This document shows positions 45,682 to 54,741 of a stretch of DNA of 64,000 bases, in pieces. A program made the position numbers and the translations under genes. The DNA lies in contig DATIWF010000068.1 in the NCBI GenBank assembly GCA_035519535.1, positions 610 through 64,609 of the forward strand, written 5' to 3'. This DNA comes from Vicinamibacterales bacterium (GTDB taxonomy: Bacteria; Acidobacteriota; Vicinamibacteria; Vicinamibacterales; SCN-69-37). The notes beneath the pieces are model-generated. The model made no database searches. It was not told the DNA's origin and saw nothing but the letters and a program-made list of their open reading frames with translations. Position 1 is the first letter of the stretch, and each line of letters opens with the position of its first letter.

Positions 45682-46688
45682 CGGCCACCGCCCTGCCGCG
45701 CGTCACCGCGGCGCCCTTCGTGCCTCGCCGCTGGCTCGCGAGCGGCCACGCGATGACGATTTTCGCGTGGGCGCGCGCGCGCCGGTTTCCCGCGCTGCCG
45801 GCGGCCGACGCGCGGCTGATTCGCGTCACGCTGGACACGCAGGTGCTCGCGCACTGCTACTGGCAGCTCGACCGGACCAGCGCGCCGACGCTCCTCGCAC
45901 TCCACGGCCTCGAGGGATCGAGCGAGGCCCACTACATGCGCGGGCTCGCCGACAAGGCGTGGCGCCGCGGCTGGAACGCCGTGCTGCTCAACCAGCGAAA
46001 CTGCGGCGGCACCGAGCACCTCACGCCCGGCCTCTACCACTCGGGCCTCACGGACGATCCGCGGACGGTCATGCGCAGTCTCATGGCGAGCGACCGCCTG
46101 CGCGCGTTCGGCGTCGTCGGCTACTCGCTCGGCGGCAATCTCACGATGAAGCTGGCGGGGGAACTGGCCGACCATCGGGATCTGCCGGTCCGGGCCGTCG
46201 CGGCGATCAGTCCGACGATCGATCTCGACCGCTGCGTCCGCGCGATCGAACGGCGCGTGAACATCCCGTACGAGTGGAACTTCGTCCGGCATCTCAAGGC
46301 GCGCATGCGGCGGAAGGTCGCGCGCTGGCCGGGGTCGTTCGACCTGCGGCCGCTCGGACGGATCTGGACGATCCGCATGTTCGACGAGATCTACACGGCT
46401 CCCTATCACGGGTTTGCCGGCGCCACCGACTACTACCACCGCGCGAGCGCCATGCGCGTAATCGACCGCATCCGCGTTCCTGCGCTCGTGATCTCCGCGG
46501 TCGACGATCCCTTCGTCCCGCCGGCGCAGTTCGACGCGCCGGAAGTCGCCGGCAACCCGTTCATCACGCGCTGCATCGAGCGGCACGGCGGACACTGCGG
46601 GTTCGTGACGGACCCGGGCGACGGCGACGACGGCTACTGGGCGGAGACGCGGGCGATCGAGTTTCTTACCGCGGCGGTGCGGGCGTGA
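45678..46688 (+). CDS. alpha/beta hydrolase, YheT-like
   Basis: ATGA overlap with the upstream gene. LHGLEGSSEA, nucleophile elbow GYSLGGN, distal D and GGHCGF His region. Confidence 0.8.
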   Translation: MTATALPRVTAAPFVPRRWLASGHAMTIFAWARARRFPALPAADARLIRVTLDTQVLAHCYWQLDRTSAPTLLALHGLEGSSEAHYMRGLADKAWRRGWNAVLLNQRNCGGTEHLTPGLYHSGLTDDPRTVMRSLMASDRLRAFGVVGYSLGGNLTMKLAGELADHRDLPVRAVAAISPTIDLDRCVRAIERRVNIPYEWNFVRHLKARMRRKVARWPGSFDLRPLGRIWTIRMFDEIYTAPYHGFAGATDYYHRASAMRVIDRIRVPALVISAVDDPFVPPAQFDAPEVAGNPFITRCIERHGGHCGFVTDPGDGDDGYWAETRAIEFLTAAVRA

Positions 46689-47397
46689 GGCCGCGCGGCG
46701 CGAGGCGGTCGACGAACGCGCGGGCGAACTCGGGGCCCTTCCCTTCCTCTTCGTGCTTGAAGTAGACGAACGCGTCCTCCCACGCCGCGGCCTGGGATGC
46801 GACGTAGTCCGCCCAGCGGTCGAGATCGGCCGGCGTGTAGCCCTCGTCCCGCAGCCGCAGGTAGCCGTGGGTCGCCGTCGCACGCAGCGGCGTCGTCTTG
46901 TCGCCGAAGTCGGCGATGCAGAGCGCGGCGCGGTGCGCCGACAACAGGCCGAAGACGTCCTCGCTGTGCCACGACTCGTGCCGGAACTCGAACGCCGCGC
47001 GCAGGTCGGCGGGCAGCAGCTTCACAAACGCCTCGAGCCGGCTGAGGTCGCACTTGAAGGTCGGCGGCAGCTGGAACAGCAGCAGGCCGAGATGCGGGCC
47101 GAGCACCCGTGCACTCTCGCAGAAGGACGCCAGCGATCGGCCCGCGTCCTTGAGCCGCTGCTCGTGGGTGATCCGGCGCGGCGCCTTCAGCGTGTACAAG
47201 AATCCCTCGGGCGCCTGCTCCCTCCACCCCGTCGTCAGCTTCGTCGTCGGCATCCGGTAGAAGGTGTAGTTGATCTCGACCGTGCGGAATCGCGCCGAGT
47301 AGTAGGCGAACATCTCCTTGGCGGGGAGGTCCTGGGGATAGAACGTGCCTCGCCACTCAGGATAGTTGTAGCCGGAGGTGCCGACGTGGACGCGCAT
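46666..47397 (-). CDS. DUF72 domain protein
   Basis: MRVHVGTSGYNYPEWRGTFYP..., RFRTVEINYTFYRMP, LFQLPP-F: the DUF72 signature. In-frame ATG at 47397. Confidence 0.85.
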   Translation of the reverse strand: MRVHVGTSGYNYPEWRGTFYPQDLPAKEMFAYYSARFRTVEINYTFYRMPTTKLTTGWREQAPEGFLYTLKAPRRITHEQRLKDAGRSLASFCESARVLGPHLGLLLFQLPPTFKCDLSRLEAFVKLLPADLRAAFEFRHESWHSEDVFGLLSAHRAALCIADFGDKTTPLRATATHGYLRLRDEGYTPADLDRWADYVASQAAAWEDAFVYFKHEEEGKGPEFARAFVDRLAPRGLTPAPPR

Positions 47398-47404
47398 GGC
47401 CGTA

Positions 47405-47523
47405 GGGGGACGGGGCTTTTTCCCACAGAATAGGCCAGATCGGGGACGGAGCTGCAAGGGGCGTCTGCCCGAGCAGCTCCGTCCCCCGCCAGGCCTATTC
47501 TGTGGAAAAAAGCCCCGTCCCCC
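47405..47523. repeat. nested palindromic element (32-bp outer arms, 14-bp inner arms)
   Basis: Outer arms at 47405-47436 and 47492-47523 (1 mismatch). Inner GGGGACGGAGCTGC (47442-47455) pairs with GCAGCTCCGTCCCC (47473-47486). Starts 8 nt past the DUF72 start; its last base (47523) is the first base of the permease stop codon. Confidence 0.85.
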
Positions 47524-48641
47524 TACTCGCGCTTGTGTGATCTGAACGCCGCCAGCGTCAGTACGGTCGCGCCCCACGCGACGAGCGCCGCGAACTGCGG
47601 CCAGAGCACGCGAAACGTCACGCCCTTGAGGAAGATGCCCCGCACGATCACCAGGAAGTACCGCAGCGGGATCAGCGTCGTCACCCACTGGATCACCCGC
47701 GGCATGTTCTCGATCGGGAAGATGAAGCCGGAGAGGTACACCATCGGCACCAGAAAGAAGAACGTGGACGTCATCATCGCCTGCTGCTGCGTGGACGAAA
47801 TCGTCGACACGAACAATCCAAGCCCGAGGGTGCAGATCAAGTACACGAAACTGCCGGCCAACAACAGGGCCACGCTCCCGCGCAGCGGCACCGCGAACCA
47901 GTACACCGCGACGGCCAGCACCAGGAACACGTCGATCGCGCCGATCAGCGCGTACGGCAGCAGCTTGCCGAGGATCAGCTCCCACCGCCCGAGCGGCGTG
48001 ACGTTGAGCTGCTCGAGCGTCCCCAGCTCGCGCTCCCGCACGATCGCCATCGACGACAGGTTCGCCGTGATCACGAGCAGCAACAGCGCCAGCACGCCGG
48101 GCAGCATGAAGAAGCGGCTTTCGAGCTCCGGGTTGAACCACACGCGGAGCCGGCCGTCGATCGCGCTGGCCGGCGCGCCTCGCGCGGCGAGCCACGTCAG
48201 ATTGAACTGGCTCACCAGCCCGGAGGCGTAGGCCATCGCCACACCCGAGGAGTTCGAGTCCGTGCCGTCGGCCAGCACCTGAATCACGCGATCGCTGGCC
48301 GGTCCGTGCCCGTCCATCGCGGCCGCGAGGCCGTGCGGAATCACGATCGCCAGCCACGCCCGCCCACGCGCGAGGTCGTCGTCCACGTCACGCGGATCGA
48401 GCTCCTCCTTCACGATCGAGAAGTTGGGCGACGCCGCGAACCGCTCGATCAGCTCCCGGCTCAACGGCGATCGATCGCCGTCGACGACGACGATCGGCAC
48501 GTGCTTGACGTCGGTCGTCGCGGCATAGCCGAGCATCGCCATCTGCAGGATCGGCGCGATCAGCACGAGGCCGAACAGGCGCGGCGTCTGCCGGAGCTCC
48601 AGGAACTCTTTCACGACGAGCGTCCGAATCCGCTGCTTCAT
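47523..48641 (-). CDS. ABC-2 type transporter permease (YbhR/YbhS-like)
   Basis: N-terminal TM helix, large periplasmic loop, then five C-terminal TM helices. FLELRQTPRLF start typical of the ABC2_membrane_3 layout. Confidence 0.85.
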   Translation of the reverse strand: MKQRIRTLVVKEFLELRQTPRLFGLVLIAPILQMAMLGYAATTDVKHVPIVVVDGDRSPLSRELIERFAASPNFSIVKEELDPRDVDDDLARGRAWLAIVIPHGLAAAMDGHGPASDRVIQVLADGTDSNSSGVAMAYASGLVSQFNLTWLAARGAPASAIDGRLRVWFNPELESRFFMLPGVLALLLLVITANLSSMAIVRERELGTLEQLNVTPLGRWELILGKLLPYALIGAIDVFLVLAVAVYWFAVPLRGSVALLLAGSFVYLICTLGLGLFVSTISSTQQQAMMTSTFFFLVPMVYLSGFIFPIENMPRVIQWVTTLIPLRYFLVIVRGIFLKGVTFRVLWPQFAALVAWGATVLTLAAFRSHKRE

Positions 48642-49735
48642 CGCCGGGCCAGCCTCGCTGCCGACAGGCCCAGCGTGACGACCGCGTAGATGGCGAGCGC
48701 CAGGAGCGGCTGCCAGAGCGAGGCCAGGCCGAGTCCCTTGAGCACGACGCCGCGCAGCGCCACCAGAAAGTACCGCGCCGGCACGACCGTCGTGATGTAC
48801 TGGAGGAAGACCGGCATGCTCGAGATCGGGAAGATGAAGCCCGAGAGCATGAACGTCGGCAGGAACGCGATGAGCATCGCCGCCTGCAGCGCGACCTGCT
48901 GCGTGTCGGCGGCGGTCGAGACGAGAATGCCGGTGCCCAGGGCGCCCACGAGAAACACCGCCAGCACGATCGACAGGTCGATCCAGCTCCCGCGCACGGG
49001 CAGGTCGAAGAGAATCATCGACGCGATGATGACGAGCGTGCCGGACACCTGCGAGAGCAGCAGGTACGGCATCGTCTTGCCGATCACGAACGCCGGCGTC
49101 GAGATCGGCGCCATGCGCACCTGCTCCATCGTGCCGTTCTCTTTTTCGCGCACGATCGACAGCGCCGTCGAGACGACCGCCGTGATCATCGAGATGTACG
49201 CGATGAGCCCCGGGACGAGGAACAGCGTGCTCCGAAGCTCGGGGTTGTACCAGACCCGCGGCTGGACCCCCAGAATCGCGATCCGGCCGCCGGCGCCGAA
49301 CTCCGCCGCGGCTTCGAGGAGCACCGCGTCGGCGTAGCCCAGCACCGTCGTCGCCGTCGTGGCGTCGTCACCGTTCAGGATGACCTGAACCGTCGCCGTC
49401 TCGCGCCCGCGGATGCGCCGCGCGAAGTCTTCGGGAATGACGAGCACGGCGCGGACGCGTCCGTGGTCGATCAAGTCGTTGATGTCCGCGTCGGAGCGCA
49501 CGCGCGCGACCTCGTCGAAGTAGGTCGACCGCACGAAGCTCGCGACGAGCTCGCGGCTTTCGGCCGACTGGTCGCGGTCCTCGACGGCCAGCGCGACGTG
49601 GCGAATGTCGAAGTTGAGCGCGTAGCCGTAGAGAAACAGGAAGAACGCCGGCAGGAACAGCAGCACGAGCGAGGTCCGGCGGTCGCGGACGATCTGCCGC
49701 ATCTCCTTGACGGCGACCGCCCACGCCCGGCTCAT
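48638..49735 (-). CDS. ABC-2 type transporter permease (YbhS/YbhR-like)
   Basis: In-frame ATG (MSRAWAVAVKEMRQIVRDRR). Paralogous to 47523..48641. Stop/start overlaps on both sides. Confidence 0.85.
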   Translation of the reverse strand: MSRAWAVAVKEMRQIVRDRRTSLVLLFLPAFFLFLYGYALNFDIRHVALAVEDRDQSAESRELVASFVRSTYFDEVARVRSDADINDLIDHGRVRAVLVIPEDFARRIRGRETATVQVILNGDDATTATTVLGYADAVLLEAAAEFGAGGRIAILGVQPRVWYNPELRSTLFLVPGLIAYISMITAVVSTALSIVREKENGTMEQVRMAPISTPAFVIGKTMPYLLLSQVSGTLVIIASMILFDLPVRGSWIDLSIVLAVFLVGALGTGILVSTAADTQQVALQAAMLIAFLPTFMLSGFIFPISSMPVFLQYITTVVPARYFLVALRGVVLKGLGLASLWQPLLALAIYAVVTLGLSAARLARR

Positions 49736-50679
49736 GCGCCCCGCTCCGCCTCGAGCCGGTCGACGACGTCGAGGAACACGTCCTCGAGCGACGGCATGAC
49801 CGGACTGATGCCCGTGACGGTGAGGCCCGCCGCCGTGATCGCGCGCGTGAGATCCGCGGCCGAGGTCGCGCGATCGCGCAGGACCGCGTGCACGGCGGTG
49901 CCGAACAGGCTCGTCTTCTCGACGCTCGCCAGCGCGTCGAGCGTCGTCATCGCGGCGACCGGATCGCTCGCGCGAATCTCGTAGATCGGCCGGTCGTCGA
50001 AGCGCGCTTTGAGGGCGGACGTCGTCCCGATCGCGGCCAGCCGCCCCGCGTGGATGATCGCGACGCGGTCGCACCGCTCGGCCTCGTCCAGGTAGTGCGT
50101 CGTGACGAGCACCGTCGTACCGCCGTGCGACAGGTCGTCGATGAGCCGCCAGAAATCGCGGCGTGACACCGGGTCGACGCCGCCGGTCGGCTCGTCGAGG
50201 AAGATAATGGGCGGCTCGTGCAGGAGCGCGCAGCCGAGCGCCAGGCGCTGCCGCCAGCCGCCCGACAGGTTGCGCGCGAGCTCGTGCTCGCGGCCGCTCA
50301 AGCCGGCCATCTCGATCGCGAACGCGCGCCGCGCCTCCAGCCGCGCGCGGTCCAGGCCGTACAGCCCGCCGTAGAACCGGATGTTCTGATCGACCGTCAG
50401 CAGCTCGTAGAGGGAGAACCGCTGCGACATGTACCCGATCTGGCGCTTGACTCCCTCAGGATCGCGTCCGACGTCCCGGCCCGCGATCTCCGCCCGGCCG
50501 TCGGTGGGCTTGAGCAGCCCGCACAGCATCCGGATCGTGGTCGACTTGCCCGCGCCGTTCGCACCGAGGAACCCGAAGACCTCGCCCCGCCGCACGTCGA
50601 ACGACAGGTCGCGCACGGCGAAGAAGTCGCCGAACTTGCGCGACAGATGCTCGACCCGGATGACGGCGTCCCCGCTCAC
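49732..50679 (-). CDS. ABC transporter ATP-binding protein (YbhF half-like)
   Basis: GTG start overlapping the TolC stop (GTGA). Walker A GANGAGKST, signature LSGGWRQRL, Walker B IIFLDEPT. Confidence 0.9.
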   Translation of the reverse strand: MSGDAVIRVEHLSRKFGDFFAVRDLSFDVRRGEVFGFLGANGAGKSTTIRMLCGLLKPTDGRAEIAGRDVGRDPEGVKRQIGYMSQRFSLYELLTVDQNIRFYGGLYGLDRARLEARRAFAIEMAGLSGREHELARNLSGGWRQRLALGCALLHEPPIIFLDEPTGGVDPVSRRDFWRLIDDLSHGGTTVLVTTHYLDEAERCDRVAIIHAGRLAAIGTTSALKARFDDRPIYEIRASDPVAAMTTLDALASVEKTSLFGTAVHAVLRDRATSAADLTRAITAAGLTVTGISPVMPSLEDVFLDVVDRLEAERGA

Positions 50680-52016
50680 AGCTTGCCCACGGCGCGCAGC
50701 AGCCGCGCCTCGTTGACGCGCAGGCCGGCGAGCAGGCGCGTGCGATCGAGTTCGGCCTGGACGAGCGCGAGCTGTGCGTCGAGCACGTCGGTGCTGGTCG
50801 CGACGCCCGCGTTGAAGCGTTCGGCGACGACGCGGTGCGCCTCGGCCGCCGCGGCGACGCCCTCGTCCGAGGCCGCGAGCGCCGCGCGGCTCGACGCGAG
50901 GTCGAGCAGACACTGCCGCACTTCCAGCGCCAGCTGCGCGTCGAACTGCTCGATACGGTGACCGACGGCCTCGGCCTGCGCGGTCGCCGTCGCGGCATCG
51001 GCCTTCGCGCGGCCGCTGTCCCACAGGGGCCACAGGAAGTTGACGGCCAGGTCCCACGACACGTCCCACTGATCCTTGGGTGGCACGAAGCGCAAGTTGG
51101 GCCGGGCCGGCTGGATCGACCCAACCCCGAGGAGCGTCGGCTTGGTCGTGGCGAGCGCGGCCGTTGCCCCGGCAAACAGCCCGGCCCGACGCGCCTGCAG
51201 ACTGAGCCGCTCGCCCCGCTGCTCGCGCGCGCTCGCGGCCAAGGCGACCGCGGTCTCGGTCTCGAGCGCCGACACCCCCGGCAGTGGTTCGTTGACGCTC
51301 GTCGTCGGCTCGATCGCGCTGTCCGGGCCGGCGCCAATCAGCAGGCCGAGGGCAATCTGCGCGACGGCGGCGTCGTTCTTCGCCTGGATGAGCCCGACCG
51401 ATTCGCGCGCGCGCTGCGCCTGCGCGGAGAGCAGATCGTTGGGCGGGAGCACACCGGCGTCGACGCGGGCTCTGACGTCGGCCACCCACGCGTCCTCGCG
51501 GTCCAGCGCCTCCTGCAGCACGCGCACGTTTTCACGCGCGGTCACGAGCCCCCAGTACGCGCGCGCCACGTCGAGGCGCACGCCCTGCTCGGTCGCGCTG
51601 AGGTCCGCCGTGCTGGCCTGCACCTCCGCCCGCGCGGCATCCACCTGGGCACCGACGCGTCCCCACGTGTACAGCGGCACGTCGAGTTCCCCGCGAGCGT
51701 GGTAGTTGTTCGGAATGTCGGGAAAGATGATGTTGATGGTGCCGTTCGGCCCGGGCGCCCCGAACGGCGGCACGTGGTTGTTGCGCTGGTAGCCGGCGGA
51801 CGTCGTCAGCATCGGGCGCCCGAGGGTCTCTTTCGACGTCACCTCGTCGGCCGCCGCGAGCTCCTTCGACCGGGCCTCGGCCAGCCGCGGGTCGTGGCCC
51901 ACGCTTCGTCGAAGGGCCTCGTCCAGCGACAGCGACAGCGGCGTCTGCGCCGCCGCGCCGGACGGCACCAGCAGCCACATCGTCATGGCCAGTGCACTTG
52001 TCAGCGTCGCGCGCAT
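50676..52016 (-). CDS. TolC family outer membrane efflux protein
   Basis: In-frame ATG with signal peptide (MRATLTSALAMTMWLLVPSGAAAQ). Duplicated OEP repeats (LSLDEALRRSV...; ...VATSTDVLDAQLALVQAELD). Confidence 0.85.
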   Translation of the reverse strand: MRATLTSALAMTMWLLVPSGAAAQTPLSLSLDEALRRSVGHDPRLAEARSKELAAADEVTSKETLGRPMLTTSAGYQRNNHVPPFGAPGPNGTINIIFPDIPNNYHARGELDVPLYTWGRVGAQVDAARAEVQASTADLSATEQGVRLDVARAYWGLVTARENVRVLQEALDREDAWVADVRARVDAGVLPPNDLLSAQAQRARESVGLIQAKNDAAVAQIALGLLIGAGPDSAIEPTTSVNEPLPGVSALETETAVALAASAREQRGERLSLQARRAGLFAGATAALATTKPTLLGVGSIQPARPNLRFVPPKDQWDVSWDLAVNFLWPLWDSGRAKADAATATAQAEAVGHRIEQFDAQLALEVRQCLLDLASSRAALAASDEGVAAAAEAHRVVAERFNAGVATSTDVLDAQLALVQAELDRTRLLAGLRVNEARLLRAVGKL

Positions 52017-52030
52017 CGTTCCTTCCTTTT

Positions 52031-52957
52031 TCAGGATCGGGTCCCGGCCAGTTGTTCGATGAACACGTCCTCGAGCGTCGGCACGATCGGGCGCACGTGG
52101 GCGCCGGCGAACCCCGCCCGCTCGAGCTCGGCGGCGACCCCGCCGGCGTCGCCCGGCGCCTCGACGCGCACGTGCAGCCGGTCGCCGAACAGCTGCACGC
52201 GCTCGCGGCCGAGCCGCTCGCGCAGGGCGTGGAGCGCATCCCGGACGGGCGTCGCCACGACTTCGAGGATGGTGCCGTGCATCGACGTGATGAGGCGCTT
52301 CGGATCCTCCAGGGCGAGCAGCCGGCCCTGGTTGACGAGCGCGACCCGGCCGCAGCGCTCGGCCTCGTCGAGGTACGGCGTCGCCATGATGATCGTGAGC
52401 CCCTCGCCGAGGAACTCGGCCAGCAGCTTCCAGAACTCGCGCCGCGACACCGGATCGACGCCCGTGGTCGGCTCGTCGAGCACCAGCATGCGCGGCTCGT
52501 GCACGAGCGTGCACGCGAGCGCGAGCTTCTGCTTCATGCCGCCCGACAGGTGGTCGGCCAGCCGGTCGCGGAACCGCGTGAGGCCCGTAAGGTCGAGGAG
52601 CCGCGCGCGCCGCGACGCGAAGTCGCGCACCCCGTGGATCTCGGCGAAGAACGCGACGTTCTCGTCGATCGACAAATCGCCGTACAGGCTGAACCGCTGC
52701 GACAGATAGCCGATCGACGACGTCGCGGTCCGCCGATCCACGAACGGCTCCACGCCGAACAGACGGACGCGGCCCACGTCGGGCGCGAGCAGCCCGCAGA
52801 TCAGCCGGAGGCTCGTCGTCTTGCCGGCGCCGTCCGGCCCGATGACGCCGAACATCTCGCCGCGAGCGACGGCGAAGCTGAGCCCGTCCACCGCCTTCGT
52901 GGCGCCGAAGGACTTGCGGACGTCCTCGAACTCGACCGCGTGATCGGCCGCCGTCAT
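52031..52957 (-). CDS. ABC transporter ATP-binding protein (YbhF half-like)
   Basis: In-frame ATG overlapping the HlyD stop (ATGA). Walker A GPDGAGKTT, signature LSGGMKQKL, Walker B LVLDEPT. Confidence 0.9.
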   Translation of the reverse strand: MTAADHAVEFEDVRKSFGATKAVDGLSFAVARGEMFGVIGPDGAGKTTSLRLICGLLAPDVGRVRLFGVEPFVDRRTATSSIGYLSQRFSLYGDLSIDENVAFFAEIHGVRDFASRRARLLDLTGLTRFRDRLADHLSGGMKQKLALACTLVHEPRMLVLDEPTTGVDPVSRREFWKLLAEFLGEGLTIIMATPYLDEAERCGRVALVNQGRLLALEDPKRLITSMHGTILEVVATPVRDALHALRERLGRERVQLFGDRLHVRVEAPGDAGGVAAELERAGFAGAHVRPIVPTLEDVFIEQLAGTRS

Positions 52958-53979
52958 GGCCGGCCGCCCTGGTGACCAAGACCGGTGAGCTCGACCTCGA
53001 CAGGCATGCCCGGTTTGAGCACGCCCTGCCGGTTGTCCACGGTCACTTTCACGCGGTACACGAGCTTCGCGCGCTCCGACGTGGTCTGCACGTTGCGCGG
53101 CGTGAATTCCGCCTGCGGCGAGATGAACGTGATCCGCCCCGGCAGCCGATCCCCCGCGTCCGTAATCACCGTGGCGGGCTGATCGATCCTGAGGCTCGGC
53201 ACCAGCGGCTCCTCGACATATGCGTCCGCCCACGCGTGATCGAGATCGACGATGACGACGAGCGGCGTGCCGACGGCGACGAGCTCGCCGGGCTCGACGA
53301 GCCGGGACGACACGATGCCCTCGGTGGGCGCCGTGATCGTGGCTTCCGCGCGATCGTGCTCGATCGTGGCGATCTGCGCGTCGACGGCCGCGACACGCGC
53401 CTTGGCGGCGTCGATCTCCTCGGGCCGGGCGCCGGCCTTCAAGCGCGCCAACGTCGCGCTCGCGGCGCGCGCGCGATCGTCGGTGGCGCGCAGCCGCGCT
53501 TCCGCCAGCTGCCGGCGTGCCACGGCATCGTCGCGTTGTTTCTGCGATCCGGCGCGCTGGCGGAGGAGCTGCTCGAAGCGCGTTTCGTCCTCTTGGGCGG
53601 ACGAGAGCTCCGCCGCCGCGGCGAGTCGATCGGCGTTCGCCGCCGCGACCTGGGCTTCGGCTTGCTGGATGTCCTCGGGCCGCGTGCCGGCCTCGAGGAG
53701 CCGCAGCTGGGCCACGGCCTGATCGCGCTCCGCGTGCGCGCGACCCATCGCGAGATCAGCGTCGGTCGTCTGCAAGGTGACGACCACCTGCCCCGCCGTG
53801 ACGCGCGCGCCCTCGACGACGCGAACCTCGGCGACGCGGCCGGGCACCTTCGATGCGACCTTCACGTCCGTCGCCTCGACGTAGCCGCTCGCCTTCGGCG
53901 GTGCCGTGGCGTTCTCCTTCCGGCAGCCGGTGGAGACGAGGAGCGAAGCGGCCAGCAGGCTGGCCAGGAGGCGGGTCAT
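52954..53979 (-). CDS. HlyD family efflux adaptor (YbhG-like), lipoprotein
   Basis: LLVSTGC lipobox, coiled-coil hairpin (QLRLLEAGTRPEDIQQAEAQ...), and beta-barrel C-terminal domain. Confidence 0.9.
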   Translation of the reverse strand: MTRLLASLLAASLLVSTGCRKENATAPPKASGYVEATDVKVASKVPGRVAEVRVVEGARVTAGQVVVTLQTTDADLAMGRAHAERDQAVAQLRLLEAGTRPEDIQQAEAQVAAANADRLAAAAELSSAQEDETRFEQLLRQRAGSQKQRDDAVARRQLAEARLRATDDRARAASATLARLKAGARPEEIDAAKARVAAVDAQIATIEHDRAEATITAPTEGIVSSRLVEPGELVAVGTPLVVIVDLDHAWADAYVEEPLVPSLRIDQPATVITDAGDRLPGRITFISPQAEFTPRNVQTTSERAKLVYRVKVTVDNRQGVLKPGMPVEVELTGLGHQGGRP

Positions 53980-54653
53980 GGTCGCGTTCTCCTTGACGAG
54001 GACACGGGGGACTCATGCGCCGGCGCCGCGGCGACGGCCGCGAGCGTCGTGGCCAGGACGTGCTTCACCACTTCCTGGCGCTGCGCGTCGGCCACTTGCT
54101 TCGGCACGAGCGGGCGCAGTCGCTCCCGCACGGGCCCGGTGGCGGCGAAGAACAGCAGCGGCGCGACGACGGCGATCTGGGTAATGAAGGGATTGACGTC
54201 GCGGAACACGCCGGCGTCCCGGCCGTCGGCGAGAATCGCGCCGAGCGTTTCGACGACGCAGCGCATCCTGGCGACGATCGGCGGCGAGAGGTGCCGGCCG
54301 CCATCGGCGATCTCGCGGAGCCACATGGGCGGGAACTGGGGACGGCCGAGAGCGGCCAGGGCGACGGCTTCGATGAAGTCGTGCAGCTGCACCTCGGGCG
54401 GGCCGCCACGCTCGCGGACGGCTGTGACGGCGCGGGCGGCGCCGCTGAACAGGTCGAGCAGAATCGCCTGATACAGCGCGGTCTTGGAGCGGAAGTAGTA
54501 GTAGAGCATGGCCTTGTTGACGCGGGCGCGCGCGGCAATGCGGTCGACCTTCGCGCCGTCGAACCCGCGGGCGGCGAACTCTTCGGTCGCGGCCGTGAGC
54601 AGGCGATCGCGGGTGGAGGGGGCGTCGGCGAGGGCCGGGCGGGTGGCGGCCAT
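53976..54653 (-). CDS. TetR/AcrR family transcriptional regulator (CecR/YbiH-position)
   Basis: HTH block RDRLLTAATEEFAARGFDGAKVDRIAARARVNKAMLYYYF. Overlaps the HlyD start. Confidence 0.9.
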   Translation of the reverse strand: MAATRPALADAPSTRDRLLTAATEEFAARGFDGAKVDRIAARARVNKAMLYYYFRSKTALYQAILLDLFSGAARAVTAVRERGGPPEVQLHDFIEAVALAALGRPQFPPMWLREIADGGRHLSPPIVARMRCVVETLGAILADGRDAGVFRDVNPFITQIAVVAPLLFFAATGPVRERLRPLVPKQVADAQRQEVVKHVLATTLAAVAAAPAHESPVSSSRRTRP

Positions 54654-54655
54654 TC

Positions 54656-54698
54656 TTAACTAACTGGATAGTTAACTCAAGCCGCCGAACCGTGTCAA
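54656..54698 (-). promoter_or_regulatory. putative sigma70-type promoter (TTGACA-17-TTAACT) overlapped by palindromic operator TTAACTA-N6-TAGTTAA
   Basis: On the minus strand: -35 TTGACA = 54698..54693, a 17-nt spacer, -10 TTAACT = 54675..54670. The palindrome at 54656-54675 ends 3 nt upstream of the TetR ATG. AT-rich in a GC-rich context. Confidence 0.4.
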
Positions 54699-54741
54699 GC
54701 TCCGCGCGCGCTCGGCGCGCCCCACGGCGGCCGCCGCCGAC

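Noticed and set aside
49732-52957. A split ABC ATPase as a frameshifted or pseudogenised ybhF.
   Set aside because: Each half is a complete NBD with its own Walker A, signature and Walker B motifs and its own start codon. They are separated by an intact TolC gene, not by a frameshift.
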